Shown piece by piece: positions 26,863 to 36,864 of a stretch of 64,000 bases of DNA. The stretch is taken from the IMG/VR virus record IMGVR_UViG_3300028582_000237, positions 2,641 through 66,640 of that record, one strand, 5' to 3'. The translations under genes and the position numbers were made by a program. A model generated the notes under the pieces. It did no database searches. It was not told the origin of the DNA and was given only the letters and a program-made list of their open reading frames with translations. Source of the DNA: a virus (lineage: Duplodnaviria > Caudoviricetes). Positions within the stretch are counted from its first letter, which is position 1. Each line of letters begins with the position of its first letter.

Positions 26863-28296
26863 TTATAATTGTATATCCATCTGAGATAATAAATGGCCTA
26901 TCCTTTTATCACTGATTTTGATATAATCCGGATTAAGTTCTATTCCTGTAAATTCCCTGCCTGCTTGCCTTGCTACCTGGCCTGTGGTTCCGGAACCTGC
27001 AAAAGGATCAAGGACCCTGCATGGGACATGTTGTTTAGTATTACACTTACAAGTCTTTTTCCAGCCAATGGTCTTTATTTCTGGCATTGTTTCAATGCCT
27101 TCCGCCCTCATCTCATTTCTATATTTTGCTAATTTGCCTGCAGTTTCTTTAGCCTCATATTTTGTTTTATTAGTTTTATAATTCTCCCAACCAGGCATAT
27201 TACTATAGTCTCCTTCTCTTCTTCTGTATTGTTTCTCTGCTTTCTCTCCCTCGCTTTGTGCCAGTTTAGGTTTTTCGATAATTCTTTCATAAGGTTTCCC
27301 ACATATACTACAACACCCATATTCACTGGTACCTGCTAAAATTGCTGGTTCAACTAAAGCAGGTGGGAATGTTGCGAAATGAGCATCTGGGAAAGGTGTT
27401 GTCGCAATAGTCCAAACACTTCTCTTATTCCTGCCGGTAGGTTCACCCCAAACCCTTCCATTAAACTGCTGCTTATAATGTTCATCAGGTATTGAAACAT
27501 ATTTAGGATTATTTGGGTTATGATAGCTTTGCCCCTTAAACTTTGCTTCCGGTTTTTCCCTGATTGCTACTGCATCATAATAATAGTGAGGTGCTTTAGT
27601 AAGAAGATATATATATTCATGACTTTTCGTTGGTCTGTCTATAACACTTTCTGGCATCGGATTTTGTTTGCTCCATATTATATCGCTCCTTAAGAACCAA
27701 CCATCCTCCTGTAGAGCAATTGCTATTCTGGCCGGAATCATACATAAATCTTTGGCTTTATAAACTGGATGCTTTTTCAATGTCAATGCTAATGAGGATG
27801 TTGCTCCATAGCTATGAGTTTTGCGTCCCATATTAGTTGTATTTTCATTGTGTCCAGATGTTCCGCCTGAACCCCAATAACTATCCCCCAGGTTTAACCA
27901 GAAAGTTCCATCATCTCTCAATACTCTCCATACTTTTCTGAATATCATAACTAAATGTTGTATATAAAGTTCTGGTGTGGGCTCTAATCCAAGTTCCCCT
28001 TTCCATGCCCCACATTTGCTGCAGAAACAAGTATTCACATCAATAACTGCTCTTTGCTTTTTAGTATTTGTCATCTTGCCATTCTCACCCCCCGTTCTCA
28101 ACATCTTCTGGTTTAGTAGAAAGTTATGTTTGCATATTATCTCTTTATCAGGATTTGGCCATATTTGCGGTATAGTTTTGTAATTTCTAAGGCCCCAGTA
28201 GGGAGGACTGGTTACAATTGTGTGAAAATAACCTGCCGGCAGCTGGTCCAGAATTTCATAATTATTACCCTGAAGTATTCTGTTAGTAATATCCAC
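26863..28296 (-). CDS. Beta-class N4-cytosine/N6-adenine DNA methyltransferase
   Basis: TIVTSPPYWGLR, WLNLGDSY, IW.K.NPMPESV.DRPT.SHE, RNKRSVW, HFATFP, VLDPFAGSGTT, GIELNP. Confidence 0.95.
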   Translation of the reverse strand: MDITNRILQGNNYEILDQLPAGYFHTIVTSPPYWGLRNYKTIPQIWPNPDKEIICKHNFLLNQKMLRTGGENGKMTNTKKQRAVIDVNTCFCSKCGAWKGELGLEPTPELYIQHLVMIFRKVWRVLRDDGTFWLNLGDSYWGSGGTSGHNENTTNMGRKTHSYGATSSLALTLKKHPVYKAKDLCMIPARIAIALQEDGWFLRSDIIWSKQNPMPESVIDRPTKSHEYIYLLTKAPHYYYDAVAIREKPEAKFKGQSYHNPNNPKYVSIPDEHYKQQFNGRVWGEPTGRNKRSVWTIATTPFPDAHFATFPPALVEPAILAGTSEYGCCSICGKPYERIIEKPKLAQSEGEKAEKQYRRREGDYSNMPGWENYKTNKTKYEAKETAGKLAKYRNEMRAEGIETMPEIKTIGWKKTCKCNTKQHVPCRVLDPFAGSGTTGQVARQAGREFTGIELNPDYIKISDKRIGHLLSQMDIQL

Positions 28297-30047
28297 TATG
28301 CAGCTTCCATAATCTGTTTAAACTCAATGTTCGCTTTATAGATAGATTCAATCCATCTTTTCACTGCCAATGGGCACACTGCATTACCGATAAACTTTTT
28401 CATATCGCTCTGAGTACCATATAATTTATACTTCTCTCCAAATCCCTGTATTTTTAAGAGCTCCTTCACCTTCAGCATTCTCATTTTTATATCAATAATC
28501 CCATATAGAGCCATAAACTCTTTTATCTTTCTTGTCATCGCAGAATCGGTTTCATTTATCTTAATGGCAACATATCCAGCCTCTGTGGTTATCAAATGCG
28601 GCGGACGTTTATCCATTCTTGCTATGAGAGTAAAGCAGGGGTCATTAACATCTCCACCTTTGTTTTTATACTGCGGATTCATCAGGTAGTGATATTTGCG
28701 ATTTGCTGTTATTACTTGGCCGCTCTCGCCAATGGAACTGCCGGTATTATTGAACGGTGTGTCCATCAGCCACGGTTCTGCAGTAATCAAGTTCTGCTTG
28801 GGATTTGTTGTCATGCTGCCCGCAGGTTTTTCCACAGATGCGCATTTACTCTTGCCATAGGTTTCATCGATAAAGCTTAATTGTTCAACTTTCACTAACC
28901 TTTGCTTGGGATTTGTTAATATACTGCTGCATGGCTTATCTATGGGATGGTTCTTTTGTCCTTTGGAATACTGCAAGTCAATAAAGTATTCTGTTGCTAT
29001 CTTTGCGAATGTGTCCTTAGTTCTTACTGTTCCTGCAGGTTCCTGAATACTCTGTACGTTCTTCCCGGTACCATAGTATTTCATAAGGAAATCAGGTTGC
29101 ACTAACCCAAATCTATTCCTAGTAGGTATTGCATTGCAGGGATTGTTAAGGGAAATTACTCTGTTGGAATCACTTCCGGAGTTATACTGCTGTATAAATG
29201 CGTCCTCACCCCCAGCCACATACTTAATCAACCCCGCATAGATTCTTTTTAATGTATTCTCACATAAACCCTTTGCAAAAATACTTTCACCATGATCTTC
29301 AAAATCAAGACACTCTTTAACTGGTTTCCATTTTTTCAGCTTAAATAATCCACCCCCTTTTTTGCTATGAGTCGGTTCGGGCCAGCATTCTGCAAGCGGA
29401 AATCCATGTTTTGCAAACATTATGAATAGTCTTTTTCTGTGAGTGTGTTCTCCATAGTCGGCTGCATTGAGGATACGATAATCATAGTCATATCCGTAAC
29501 TTTTTATTTTTTGTACCCATTCCTTATAGTATTCACCCTTATGTAATGGATCGGGAGCCATTACTGGTTTAAGCTTCTTTTCTTTTTTATTATAATGAAG
29601 TAAAGAAACCAAATAGCCTTCTTTTGTCTTTTTCTCTTTAACAATAAGCGGTCCCCATTCCAAAAATTCCCGTACATTTTCAATAGGTATATAATCAGGT
29701 TTAAGATATTCTATATACCGGTATAAGTGCACTCCAAGTGTCCTGCTGTCTTCATCCCGGCTTAATCCACCCTTAGCATTAGAATGATTTGTACATTCAA
29801 GACTTGCCCAAAGGAAAGTAATTGCCCCTGGTGTCCATGTAGGGAATCTGGAGACATCAAAATTCCTTATATCTTCAATGAAGTGTTTTGTCTGCCTGTG
29901 GTTAGCTGCGTGACTTTTAATTGCTTTCGGATCATGATTTATACAGGCAATTATCCTTGCAATTCTTTCACCTTTAAATCTTGCCCGATGCACTCCGCTG
30001 GTTGTGCCGCCTGCTCCACAAAATAGGTCTATGCCTTCAATAAACAT
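28296..30047 (-). CDS. C5-cytosine DNA methyltransferase with a repetitive variable region
   Basis: DLFCGAGG (motif I), WASLECTNHS (catalytic Cys), IENV.EF, LNAADYG..T.RKRLF, RML...EL...QGF, IGNAV. Confidence 0.93.
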   Translation of the reverse strand: MFIEGIDLFCGAGGTTSGVHRARFKGERIARIIACINHDPKAIKSHAANHRQTKHFIEDIRNFDVSRFPTWTPGAITFLWASLECTNHSNAKGGLSRDEDSRTLGVHLYRYIEYLKPDYIPIENVREFLEWGPLIVKEKKTKEGYLVSLLHYNKKEKKLKPVMAPDPLHKGEYYKEWVQKIKSYGYDYDYRILNAADYGEHTHRKRLFIMFAKHGFPLAECWPEPTHSKKGGGLFKLKKWKPVKECLDFEDHGESIFAKGLCENTLKRIYAGLIKYVAGGEDAFIQQYNSGSDSNRVISLNNPCNAIPTRNRFGLVQPDFLMKYYGTGKNVQSIQEPAGTVRTKDTFAKIATEYFIDLQYSKGQKNHPIDKPCSSILTNPKQRLVKVEQLSFIDETYGKSKCASVEKPAGSMTTNPKQNLITAEPWLMDTPFNNTGSSIGESGQVITANRKYHYLMNPQYKNKGGDVNDPCFTLIARMDKRPPHLITTEAGYVAIKINETDSAMTRKIKEFMALYGIIDIKMRMLKVKELLKIQGFGEKYKLYGTQSDMKKFIGNAVCPLAVKRWIESIYKANIEFKQIMEAA

Positions 30048-30081
30048 ATAGTTTTTAGCCTTTATCTGTTAATGTTATCAT

Positions 30082-32091
30082 TTAGAAATTATAATTTTCT
30101 TTCACGAACCTCGCTATTCTCTTTACATCATTATCCTTTAAACCTAATCTTTCACTTATTATCTTATTTATATCGTTGCTACCCACATCATCAGCAATAA
30201 GTTCTGATTTAATATCCATGTACTTTTCCACCAGTTCACGGAATTTTTCTTCGGTTAATGCTTCAATCCCATTAGCCATATTAGTGACTCCTTCTACCTC
30301 TAATCTCATAAGGTCATTCACCAGGATAACCACCGCATCCTGAGCGTCCTTACTGAAATCTTTGGGATGATCTATTTTAGGGCCTTGTTTAATTAGTTTC
30401 TGCCCCTCAAGTAACCACAACTCCGATGGGGATATATGTCTGCTACCAATTTTTATCTTATGATGCTCATATTCGTCATTACATATTTCAATATTGTTTG
30501 TCCAAATATCCCATCTTTTAAGAAGGTAGAGTTTGAGCTGCATTGAATTACTAAAGGGGTAGGTCTCAGCGATAACTCCCTTGTTCTCTATCTCTTGCCT
30601 TACTTTTTCATTCTGAAAATGGTCACTGCTTATTTTCTTTGTGTTCGGGAATGCTTTTAGTATGGCGGTAAAAATATTTCCAATACCTGGATAATCTACA
30701 GGGCATTTATCTTTTGGTTCTATTACCATTAAAAAATCAACAATTGGCTTCTTATTCGTTACTACAATCTCTGTCTGGTTATCAATCATCAATTCTATTT
30801 TTAACGGGTCAATTGTCTCCGAATAACCTCCAGCTATAACAAATCTGTCTTTTGTTTTACTGGCATCAAAAGCAAAACATCTATCTTTCTTGTCTCCCCT
30901 TAAGGATAATATTTCAATACCGGTTCTTTTATATTCTCTTCCATCATTGGTGTGTCCAGTTTTAATTATTTGCTTATACTCAACTATATTGGAGAGATTC
31001 TTATTTATTGCCTCCTCAAGCTTATAGGAATGGGGTTGATAAAAATTATCCTTAGAAAGAGGTTTAATACAATCAAATTTCATGGCTGCATCAATGGGAT
31101 CGGCCCTATACTGATCAGCAAAAAATTCTCTTGTCACTGAGGGATTAAATTCATAAGTGGATAGCCGCATGCCAAAAATCGATTCTTCCTTTAAGCTTAA
31201 TTCATACCTTTCATGTGCCAAATCATAATCGGTATCATTTGGATATGCCCAACCCACTGCTTTCCCAACTCTGTTTGGGAAAGATACAGCTGTGTTCATT
31301 AGTCCTAGCTTTAACAATTTATCAGCTTCAATATATTTTGCTTTTGTATTTGCCCTAGAAAGTTCATCTGCGTAAAACTTTAACATATGGAGTCCTTCAG
31401 GGGCAGCAGCTGCACTATTAAAACTCATCACCCGGATTCCACCTGCTCCTCTTTGCCTGGTTGGGAAAACAATTTCTTTTCTTTTCAAATCTCCATATTC
31501 TTCCCTCAAATCCAGATCTGTGTAACGTTCAAACCAGTTATCGCCGGTTTTGGGATCCATAGTAAGCTTAATAGCTTTTTTCACACTGTCAAAAAATGCT
31601 CTCTGTGCTTGTTTTTCATCAACTACGGAAACATTTATAAGATCAAAAGTCTTATCAATTGAGTATGGGATTAGCCTTTTGGTTATATTTGAAAAATATG
31701 CATGAGGATCAATAAGGCATTCGATATAGTACATTGTGAAGGCTGCATCTATTTCAAGAATCCAGTTCTTACCGCCTTTCATTCCGATTTCAAGTGCTAT
31801 TTCATGGTAATCAGTATTCCATTGCCCAGGTTTATCACCGTTTATGGCATACAATACCTGTAGCTGCTTTTCTCCGGGAAATCGCTTCATGAACTCATTT
31901 GCAAACACTTTTATATTAACCAGTTCAACATCTTTTCTGAACGGACTAGTTCTGCTCGTTTGTATATATAACCTGTGCTTCTTCTGGTTCTCCTGATTGC
32001 TCCACTTCCGTTTCGTGGTCAATGAAAAGTCCCCTAACAATGGGATTGAGTTCGATTGCTTTGTCTCTGTATTTAATATAGGATTTATCAT
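30082..32091 (-). CDS. terL: Terminase large subunit
   Basis: Walker A-like GMKGGKN, Walker B FYADELSR, nuclease FAFDASKTKD, D.FQ, K.DHPK..SKD..DA. Start uncertain: TTG at 32022 with AGGGG upstream is an alternative. Confidence 0.88.
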   Translation of the reverse strand: MINPILNTETKQSNSIPLLGDFSLTTKRKWSNQENQKKHRLYIQTSRTSPFRKDVELVNIKVFANEFMKRFPGEKQLQVLYAINGDKPGQWNTDYHEIALEIGMKGGKNWILEIDAAFTMYYIECLIDPHAYFSNITKRLIPYSIDKTFDLINVSVVDEKQAQRAFFDSVKKAIKLTMDPKTGDNWFERYTDLDLREEYGDLKRKEIVFPTRQRGAGGIRVMSFNSAAAAPEGLHMLKFYADELSRANTKAKYIEADKLLKLGLMNTAVSFPNRVGKAVGWAYPNDTDYDLAHERYELSLKEESIFGMRLSTYEFNPSVTREFFADQYRADPIDAAMKFDCIKPLSKDNFYQPHSYKLEEAINKNLSNIVEYKQIIKTGHTNDGREYKRTGIEILSLRGDKKDRCFAFDASKTKDRFVIAGGYSETIDPLKIELMIDNQTEIVVTNKKPIVDFLMVIEPKDKCPVDYPGIGNIFTAILKAFPNTKKISSDHFQNEKVRQEIENKGVIAETYPFSNSMQLKLYLLKRWDIWTNNIEICNDEYEHHKIKIGSRHISPSELWLLEGQKLIKQGPKIDHPKDFSKDAQDAVVILVNDLMRLEVEGVTNMANGIEALTEEKFRELVEKYMDIKSELIADDVGSNDINKIISERLGLKDNDVKRIARFVKENYNF

Positions 32092-32746
32092 CTAATACCG
32101 ATGTTGCTTCAAATAATACAATTATTATTTCTTTTACTTGAGTTATTCCCTTTGCTACTATTTCCATATTAACAAAGGTTTCAAATTGTTTTCTTAATTC
32201 CTGAATAGTTTTAATTCTGAGAGTATCTCTTCTGTAATAATCATTTACCTTATTAATACTGTCCCCTATCCTAACTACCATCTCCATTTTTGCTTTTATT
32301 CTGGCTTCGGCTTCTTCTAATGAATTTGGTTCTTCTACGCATGTTTCAAGAAAGTCTTCTATTTTCTCATTAAGGCCCTTTAATTCGCTAATTATTTCTT
32401 TATCTTCTTTGCTGTATTTGTCCTGCATTTCCTCCAGGTTGCTTACTGAGTATTTCAGGCCTGCCAGCACGTCAATTACATTATTCACTATTATCTGGCT
32501 GCGTTTTATCATTTGATTGCCAACTGCAGCACTTTGAAGTTTTCTTATTGTTTTTTGTGTGGTCTTTTTCTTCCTCTTCTTATGGGTTTTGCCGGCCGCT
32601 CTTGCCTCTACCCGGTCCTTCATTTTACTAACTGTCCCGAGTGATAAGTCAAACTGTTTCGCTATTTCCCTGAGGTGCTTGAAATTATTTTTCTTCAGGG
32701 CTTCGTATACCTTATTTTCAAGTTCTATGTTTGGCTTTCTTGGCAT
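31946..32746 (-). CDS. Putative terminase small subunit
   Basis: N-terminal HTH (LREIAKQFDLSLGTVSKMK) followed by a helical body; directly upstream of and overlapping terL. Confidence 0.7.
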   Translation of the reverse strand: MPRKPNIELENKVYEALKKNNFKHLREIAKQFDLSLGTVSKMKDRVEARAAGKTHKKRKKKTTQKTIRKLQSAAVGNQMIKRSQIIVNNVIDVLAGLKYSVSNLEEMQDKYSKEDKEIISELKGLNEKIEDFLETCVEEPNSLEEAEARIKAKMEMVVRIGDSINKVNDYYRRDTLRIKTIQELRKQFETFVNMEIVAKGITQVKEIIIVLFEATSVLDDKSYIKYRDKAIELNPIVRGLFIDHETEVEQSGEPEEAQVIYTNEQN

Positions 32747-32760
32747 GTTTCTTTTTGAGA

Positions 32761-33543
32761 TTAATAGATTGTTTCTTTATTAGCTGATTTTTCCCATATG
32801 TATTTTCTTATCGCCGTTTCTCTTTCCTCACTATAGAATTTCTGCATTCTGTACCATGTTTCCATATCTTTATTGTTTTTCCGAGAATTACAACTTCCAC
32901 AAGAAGGAACTATATTGTCTGCAGCATAAGGGCCATTTTTCGATATTGAAATAACATGATCTTGTGTTAAACTATCTTTCGATCCGCAATACGCACAAGC
33001 ATGATTAAAAAACTGTTTACACTCTTGCCATTCCTTCCGCGAATAGGAAGAGATTAAACCTTTTTTATTACTTTTTCTTTTTAGCCTATCAACCCTAAAG
33101 ACATCCTTGTTTTTCCTATAATATTCACGACTATATGCTGTCACTTTCTCTTTGTTTTCTCTTCTGAATTCACGCTTATAGGTATTAATTTTTCCCCTAT
33201 TATTCTTTCTATACTCCTTTTTCTTCTCAATAAGTAAAGCCCGGTTTGATTCATAATATTCACGAATATTCTTTTTATTCTCTTTTCTATAGTTTTTCAA
33301 ATATAACTTTGTTTTTCCCTCATTCTTTTTCTGATAATCTTTAGCATATTCTAACTTGCTAACCCGATTCTTATAGTAATATTCCCGGGCTTTTTTCCTT
33401 CTTTCATCACTATTTCTTAAATAAGACTCCTTTTTACACTGTTTGCATATCGCTGCTAACCCATCTTTCCTTTTTTTTGCCTTTGAAAAGAATTCATTGG
33501 TAGCAGGATAATTTGTATTACAGTGAGTACATATCTTATACAT
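32761..33543 (-). CDS. HNH endonuclease
   Basis: N-terminal CxxC...CKxC zinc finger, K/R/E/Y-rich repeats, CAYCG...LT.DHV...NG......N.VP.C..CN..K. Confidence 0.92.
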   Translation of the reverse strand: MYKICTHCNTNYPATNEFFSKAKKRKDGLAAICKQCKKESYLRNSDERRKKAREYYYKNRVSKLEYAKDYQKKNEGKTKLYLKNYRKENKKNIREYYESNRALLIEKKKEYRKNNRGKINTYKREFRRENKEKVTAYSREYYRKNKDVFRVDRLKRKSNKKGLISSYSRKEWQECKQFFNHACAYCGSKDSLTQDHVISISKNGPYAADNIVPSCGSCNSRKNNKDMETWYRMQKFYSEERETAIRKYIWEKSANKETIY

Positions 33544-33558
33544 TTAGTGTTTCAGGCC

Positions 33559-34497
33559 TTATTTACTACTAATATTAAATATTTTGGTCGCTTCATTTTC
33601 ACCTGGTATACCTACAGCATTTGTTTCTTCGCCCGGAATACCTTCAGCAACAATATCACTATCAACTTCTGCTGCCTCTTCTTTAGTTTGGTCCTCCCCT
33701 TTGTTTAAATACCCATCAAAACGATTAACTTCTTCTTGTGGATTTTCAGTGGCTGGATTTATAGAATCAGCCTCGGTATCCTGAACATCAACCCCCTTAG
33801 CTTCCTGCTCATATAAGGGACGGATTGTTTCAATATATGCTGTTGAGCAAATATCATACAATTCCCGTGGTAGGATTTTTTCATTCCGCTGGGCAAAACT
33901 AATAAGAATATGTGCAGCCTTTATACCTATTATTTCACTTAAACTGTGTTTTTTCCCGCCAATTTGATATAATCCAGCTTTTCTAAGCAGAACTCTTCCA
34001 TGATCTATTATAGCACGATTAGGATTATTATCTTCAACTGGAGCAATTAAAGATAATTTTACTGTTTCAACTTTTCTATTCCCAATCAATAGTTTACATT
34101 CTATTACTTCTTCCTCTCTGTTGTATAGAACTTCAAACGCTATTTCTTTTTCATACAAAAGGTTAAAGGTCTTACCAGCTAAGTTAAACAAAACTGGAAA
34201 TGCTGGTTTTTTTGATATATCATTTATAACCTCAACTAAACCAATCTTCTCCTGCGTTCCTGAAATTATTTCCATCATCAGGCCGATCTTTTCATTTATA
34301 TCTCTTATAGCAATACTCATTTTGGATTCATTTATTTCATTAAACAAATCTGTATTAGCTTTGATTATTCGTGCTCCGTTAACCCTGGTTTCCTGCTCCA
34401 AAGATTTTATTGATCTTTCAATTGCTTTTACTGCTTCAATAACCGGGAAGAAAATAAATGTTAATATTGACAATAGAACCCTTTTAATAGCTGACAT
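33559..34497 (-). CDS. Hypothetical protein
   Basis: 312-aa ORF with N-terminal hydrophobic stretch, coiled coil and acidic tail; SD AAGGA. Confidence 0.65.
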   Translation of the reverse strand: MSAIKRVLLSILTFIFFPVIEAVKAIERSIKSLEQETRVNGARIIKANTDLFNEINESKMSIAIRDINEKIGLMMEIISGTQEKIGLVEVINDISKKPAFPVLFNLAGKTFNLLYEKEIAFEVLYNREEEVIECKLLIGNRKVETVKLSLIAPVEDNNPNRAIIDHGRVLLRKAGLYQIGGKKHSLSEIIGIKAAHILISFAQRNEKILPRELYDICSTAYIETIRPLYEQEAKGVDVQDTEADSINPATENPQEEVNRFDGYLNKGEDQTKEEAAEVDSDIVAEGIPGEETNAVGIPGENEATKIFNISSK

Positions 34498-34522
34498 AAT
34501 TTGTTCCTTTTATATTATAGTT

Positions 34523-35353
34523 TTAGAATGGTAAACCGTCATCTTCCGTTTGTGATTGTTCCTGATTATTTTCCTGCGATATTGCCTCTTCTCCTATATT
34601 GTGGCAATATAAACCTGATAAATATTCTCTCAATACCTTCTTAGTGTATCGCGGGAAATCCTTTGATAGCATCCATTCTGCATAATCAGGATAATTACTT
34701 ACCAAATACCCTTTATATTTTCCAAAATTATATATCGGCAGCCCCCGCTCGTTTATTCCTATTTTACCAGCCATATCAAGACATTTCAATTCATAGGATG
34801 AATATTTTGCAATTTCTTCTGGAGTCTTACCCAAATCTGGATATTTTTCTATCTGGGCAAGCAAGACATCATATGTTGCAATTGTATCAGCTTCAGCACC
34901 ATGAGCATTCTCATGTTCTTTATTCAGATAGAAACTAACGGCAGCTGATAAAGTTCTTTGTTCCTTTTTCTTGAAAATTGTTCCTGCATCCAGGATAATG
35001 ATATCATTAACCTCAAAAAATATTTCAGAAACCAAAAAGTGCTCTGCTAACAATGGCAAATCCAAGCCTCTCAGATTAAATCCTGCTATATCGCATTCCT
35101 TTATGAAATCATAGATCTCAGCTGCTTTTTCACCAAATCTTGGGCATTCTTTCAGATCCTCGATACTAATCCCATGAACATCCTGTGCTTCTTTTTTTAT
35201 TTGTGTGAAGGGCAAGAATCGATAATTTTTGATTTCTTTATTGCCATCCGGGTAAATCTTAAGCAACGATAATTCTATTATTTCATCATGGCTTATATCT
35301 AATCCGGTGGTTTCAGTATCAAGAACTATTAAAGGACGTATTAATCTTAGCAT
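34523..35353 (-). CDS. DEDDh 3'-5' exonuclease (DNA polymerase III epsilon-like)
   Basis: VLDTETTGLD, IAGFN...LD..LL, H.A.ADT.AT; C-terminal NFGKYKG. Start set at ATG 35353 (MLRLIRP) to avoid overlap with the upstream ORF. Confidence 0.92.
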   Translation of the reverse strand: MLRLIRPLIVLDTETTGLDISHDEIIELSLLKIYPDGNKEIKNYRFLPFTQIKKEAQDVHGISIEDLKECPRFGEKAAEIYDFIKECDIAGFNLRGLDLPLLAEHFLVSEIFFEVNDIIILDAGTIFKKKEQRTLSAAVSFYLNKEHENAHGAEADTIATYDVLLAQIEKYPDLGKTPEEIAKYSSYELKCLDMAGKIGINERGLPIYNFGKYKGYLVSNYPDYAEWMLSKDFPRYTKKVLREYLSGLYCHNIGEEAISQENNQEQSQTEDDGLPF

Positions 35354-35363
35354 TTTCTTTCCT

Positions 35364-35699
35364 TTATGATTTGTAAATGTAATTGGAAAGGCCAAATTGA
35401 ATTGTTTTTGTTTTGCCTTTAATAATACATTGCTCAATTCTTAAAGAACCTGTATAGTTTTTTCTCAAAAACCGCCTGGTTTCATTTAGCAAGATGGTTA
35501 GAGTTTCTTCAGCTCTGCTTACTTTGTCCAAGCAGTACTTCCCATTGACATATAATGCGGTCAATACCCCTTTTCTATATTTAGCCTCCAGCACATTAGT
35601 TTGAGATTCCAGATGTGCATTTTCTGCTGGTATTAAATCAGCAATTAAGTCTTCAATTCTACTAAGATTAAATTGTGATTTGTATTGTTGGCAGTCCAT
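35364..35699 (-). CDS. Hypothetical protein
   Basis: SD AGGAG; co-oriented. Confidence 0.55.
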   Translation of the reverse strand: MDCQQYKSQFNLSRIEDLIADLIPAENAHLESQTNVLEAKYRKGVLTALYVNGKYCLDKVSRAEETLTILLNETRRFLRKNYTGSLRIEQCIIKGKTKTIQFGLSNYIYKS

Positions 35700-35747
35700 G
35701 TTGCTCCTAAATTAATTTATTGTTAATGACTTTTAACTGTTAATTTA

Positions 35748-36140
35748 TTACAAATTTTCTTTTTTTACAAAGGAATTTTCTTCATTATTTTCAATTATTT
35801 TTTTATATACTGAGACTATTTGCTCCATATTTACAGGATTTTTATTAAGGTGTCTCTGCATACCAGTGATCATTATTCCCGACATATCACTGCTTTCATA
35901 TATACCTAGAGAATTAAATTCTTTTATGATATTATTTTTTTTCTCTTCTTTTTTCTCTTTGAGTTTCCATTTTTTAATAATATCATTACCCAAAACCAAC
36001 TGGCACTGGATAAGGAAGCTTCCCTCTGAATGTTTTAAAATTGGATACACTATTTCTTTTTTTAAATGCGCAAGATATTTTATGGCATTATCAATATTAT
36101 CAGGAATTACATTGCCTAAATTATTTTTAATTTGTTCCAT
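35748..36140 (-). CDS. Hypothetical protein
   Basis: 130-aa co-oriented ORF. Confidence 0.55.
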   Translation of the reverse strand: MEQIKNNLGNVIPDNIDNAIKYLAHLKKEIVYPILKHSEGSFLIQCQLVLGNDIIKKWKLKEKKEEKKNNIIKEFNSLGIYESSDMSGIMITGMQRHLNKNPVNMEQIVSVYKKIIENNEENSFVKKENL

Positions 36141-36149
36141 ATTTTACGA

Positions 36150-36347
36150 TTAATTCCTTTCGGTCAAAGTTTTATTAAGTACCGTTTTTAATACTCTAAT
36201 ATCTTTCCCTTCTTTCAAATTACTCACCCAAAGCGGCTTTTCACCATTTTCATTGGACATTATAATCGTTAGGCCGGGTTTATAGCCCATATCTCCTTTG
36301 CAAATCAATTCTGATAGTTTTAATAATAATACAAGTAATTTAAGCAT
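36150..36347 (-). CDS. Hypothetical small protein
   Basis: Overlaps the stop of the upstream gene. Confidence 0.45.
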   Translation of the reverse strand: MLKLLVLLLKLSELICKGDMGYKPGLTIIMSNENGEKPLWVSNLKEGKDIRVLKTVLNKTLTERN

Positions 36348-36864
36348 TTCCTTCCCACCTCATAAAATTATATTTTTCAATATCTTCTTTTTTTGCGTAC
36401 ATAGCCTTAGTTACTCCCTCAATTTTTACTGTATCATATCGGTTAAAAATATCCTTATCATCAGCCAAACCTTTCATCATATCCCCATATGTTAATAATT
36501 CTGTATACTTGTTAAACCCGATGAAACTAGCCACTGTAGGTGTTGGATAGACACAAGTATCGATTACATGATTTACTGCATCTATCAGCCGTGTGTCCGA
36601 AAAGTTTTTCTCTTTTATCCGTCTGTGTAGAACATCTATGAAATCATTATTTAAAGCCGGGAAAGCTTTTACTATTTCCAAAGTTTGCCTCAGCAATTCC
36701 GGCAAAGTTAATGCTCCCTCATAAATGCTTATGCCTCTATCCGTGGTCTCCCTCGGTACTCGTGAGATTAAAATGCTTGTTGAGCGAGTTAAGGATTCCC
36801 TCAGCTGTTGCTGCAGACTTCCTACCAGTGTTAATTCCGCCTTTGCTGCCATTTTTTCGTTCAT
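36340..36864 (-). CDS. Replication-associated hypothetical protein (possible helicase-loader-inhibitor-like partner)
   Basis: Follows the initiator gene; L..AVNHVIDTC.YP.PT.A.FI pattern; true start probably near 36740. Confidence 0.5.
   Translation of the reverse strand: MNEKMAAKAELTLVGSLQQQLRESLTRSTSILISRVPRETTDRGISIYEGALTLPELLRQTLEIVKAFPALNNDFIDVLHRRIKEKNFSDTRLIDAVNHVIDTCVYPTPTVASFIGFNKYTELLTYGDMMKGLADDKDIFNRYDTVKIEGVTKAMYAKKEDIEKYNFMRWEGNA

Noticed and set aside
30082-32091. Intein or intron in the terminase
   Set aside because: No C/S...HN splice motifs or LAGLIDADG blocks seen; the ORF is continuous.
35354-35437. N-terminal extension of the exonuclease with a QFNLAF clamp-like motif
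   Set aside because: Overlaps the upstream ORF; a better SD and ATG exist at 35353, so the extension is probably not translated.
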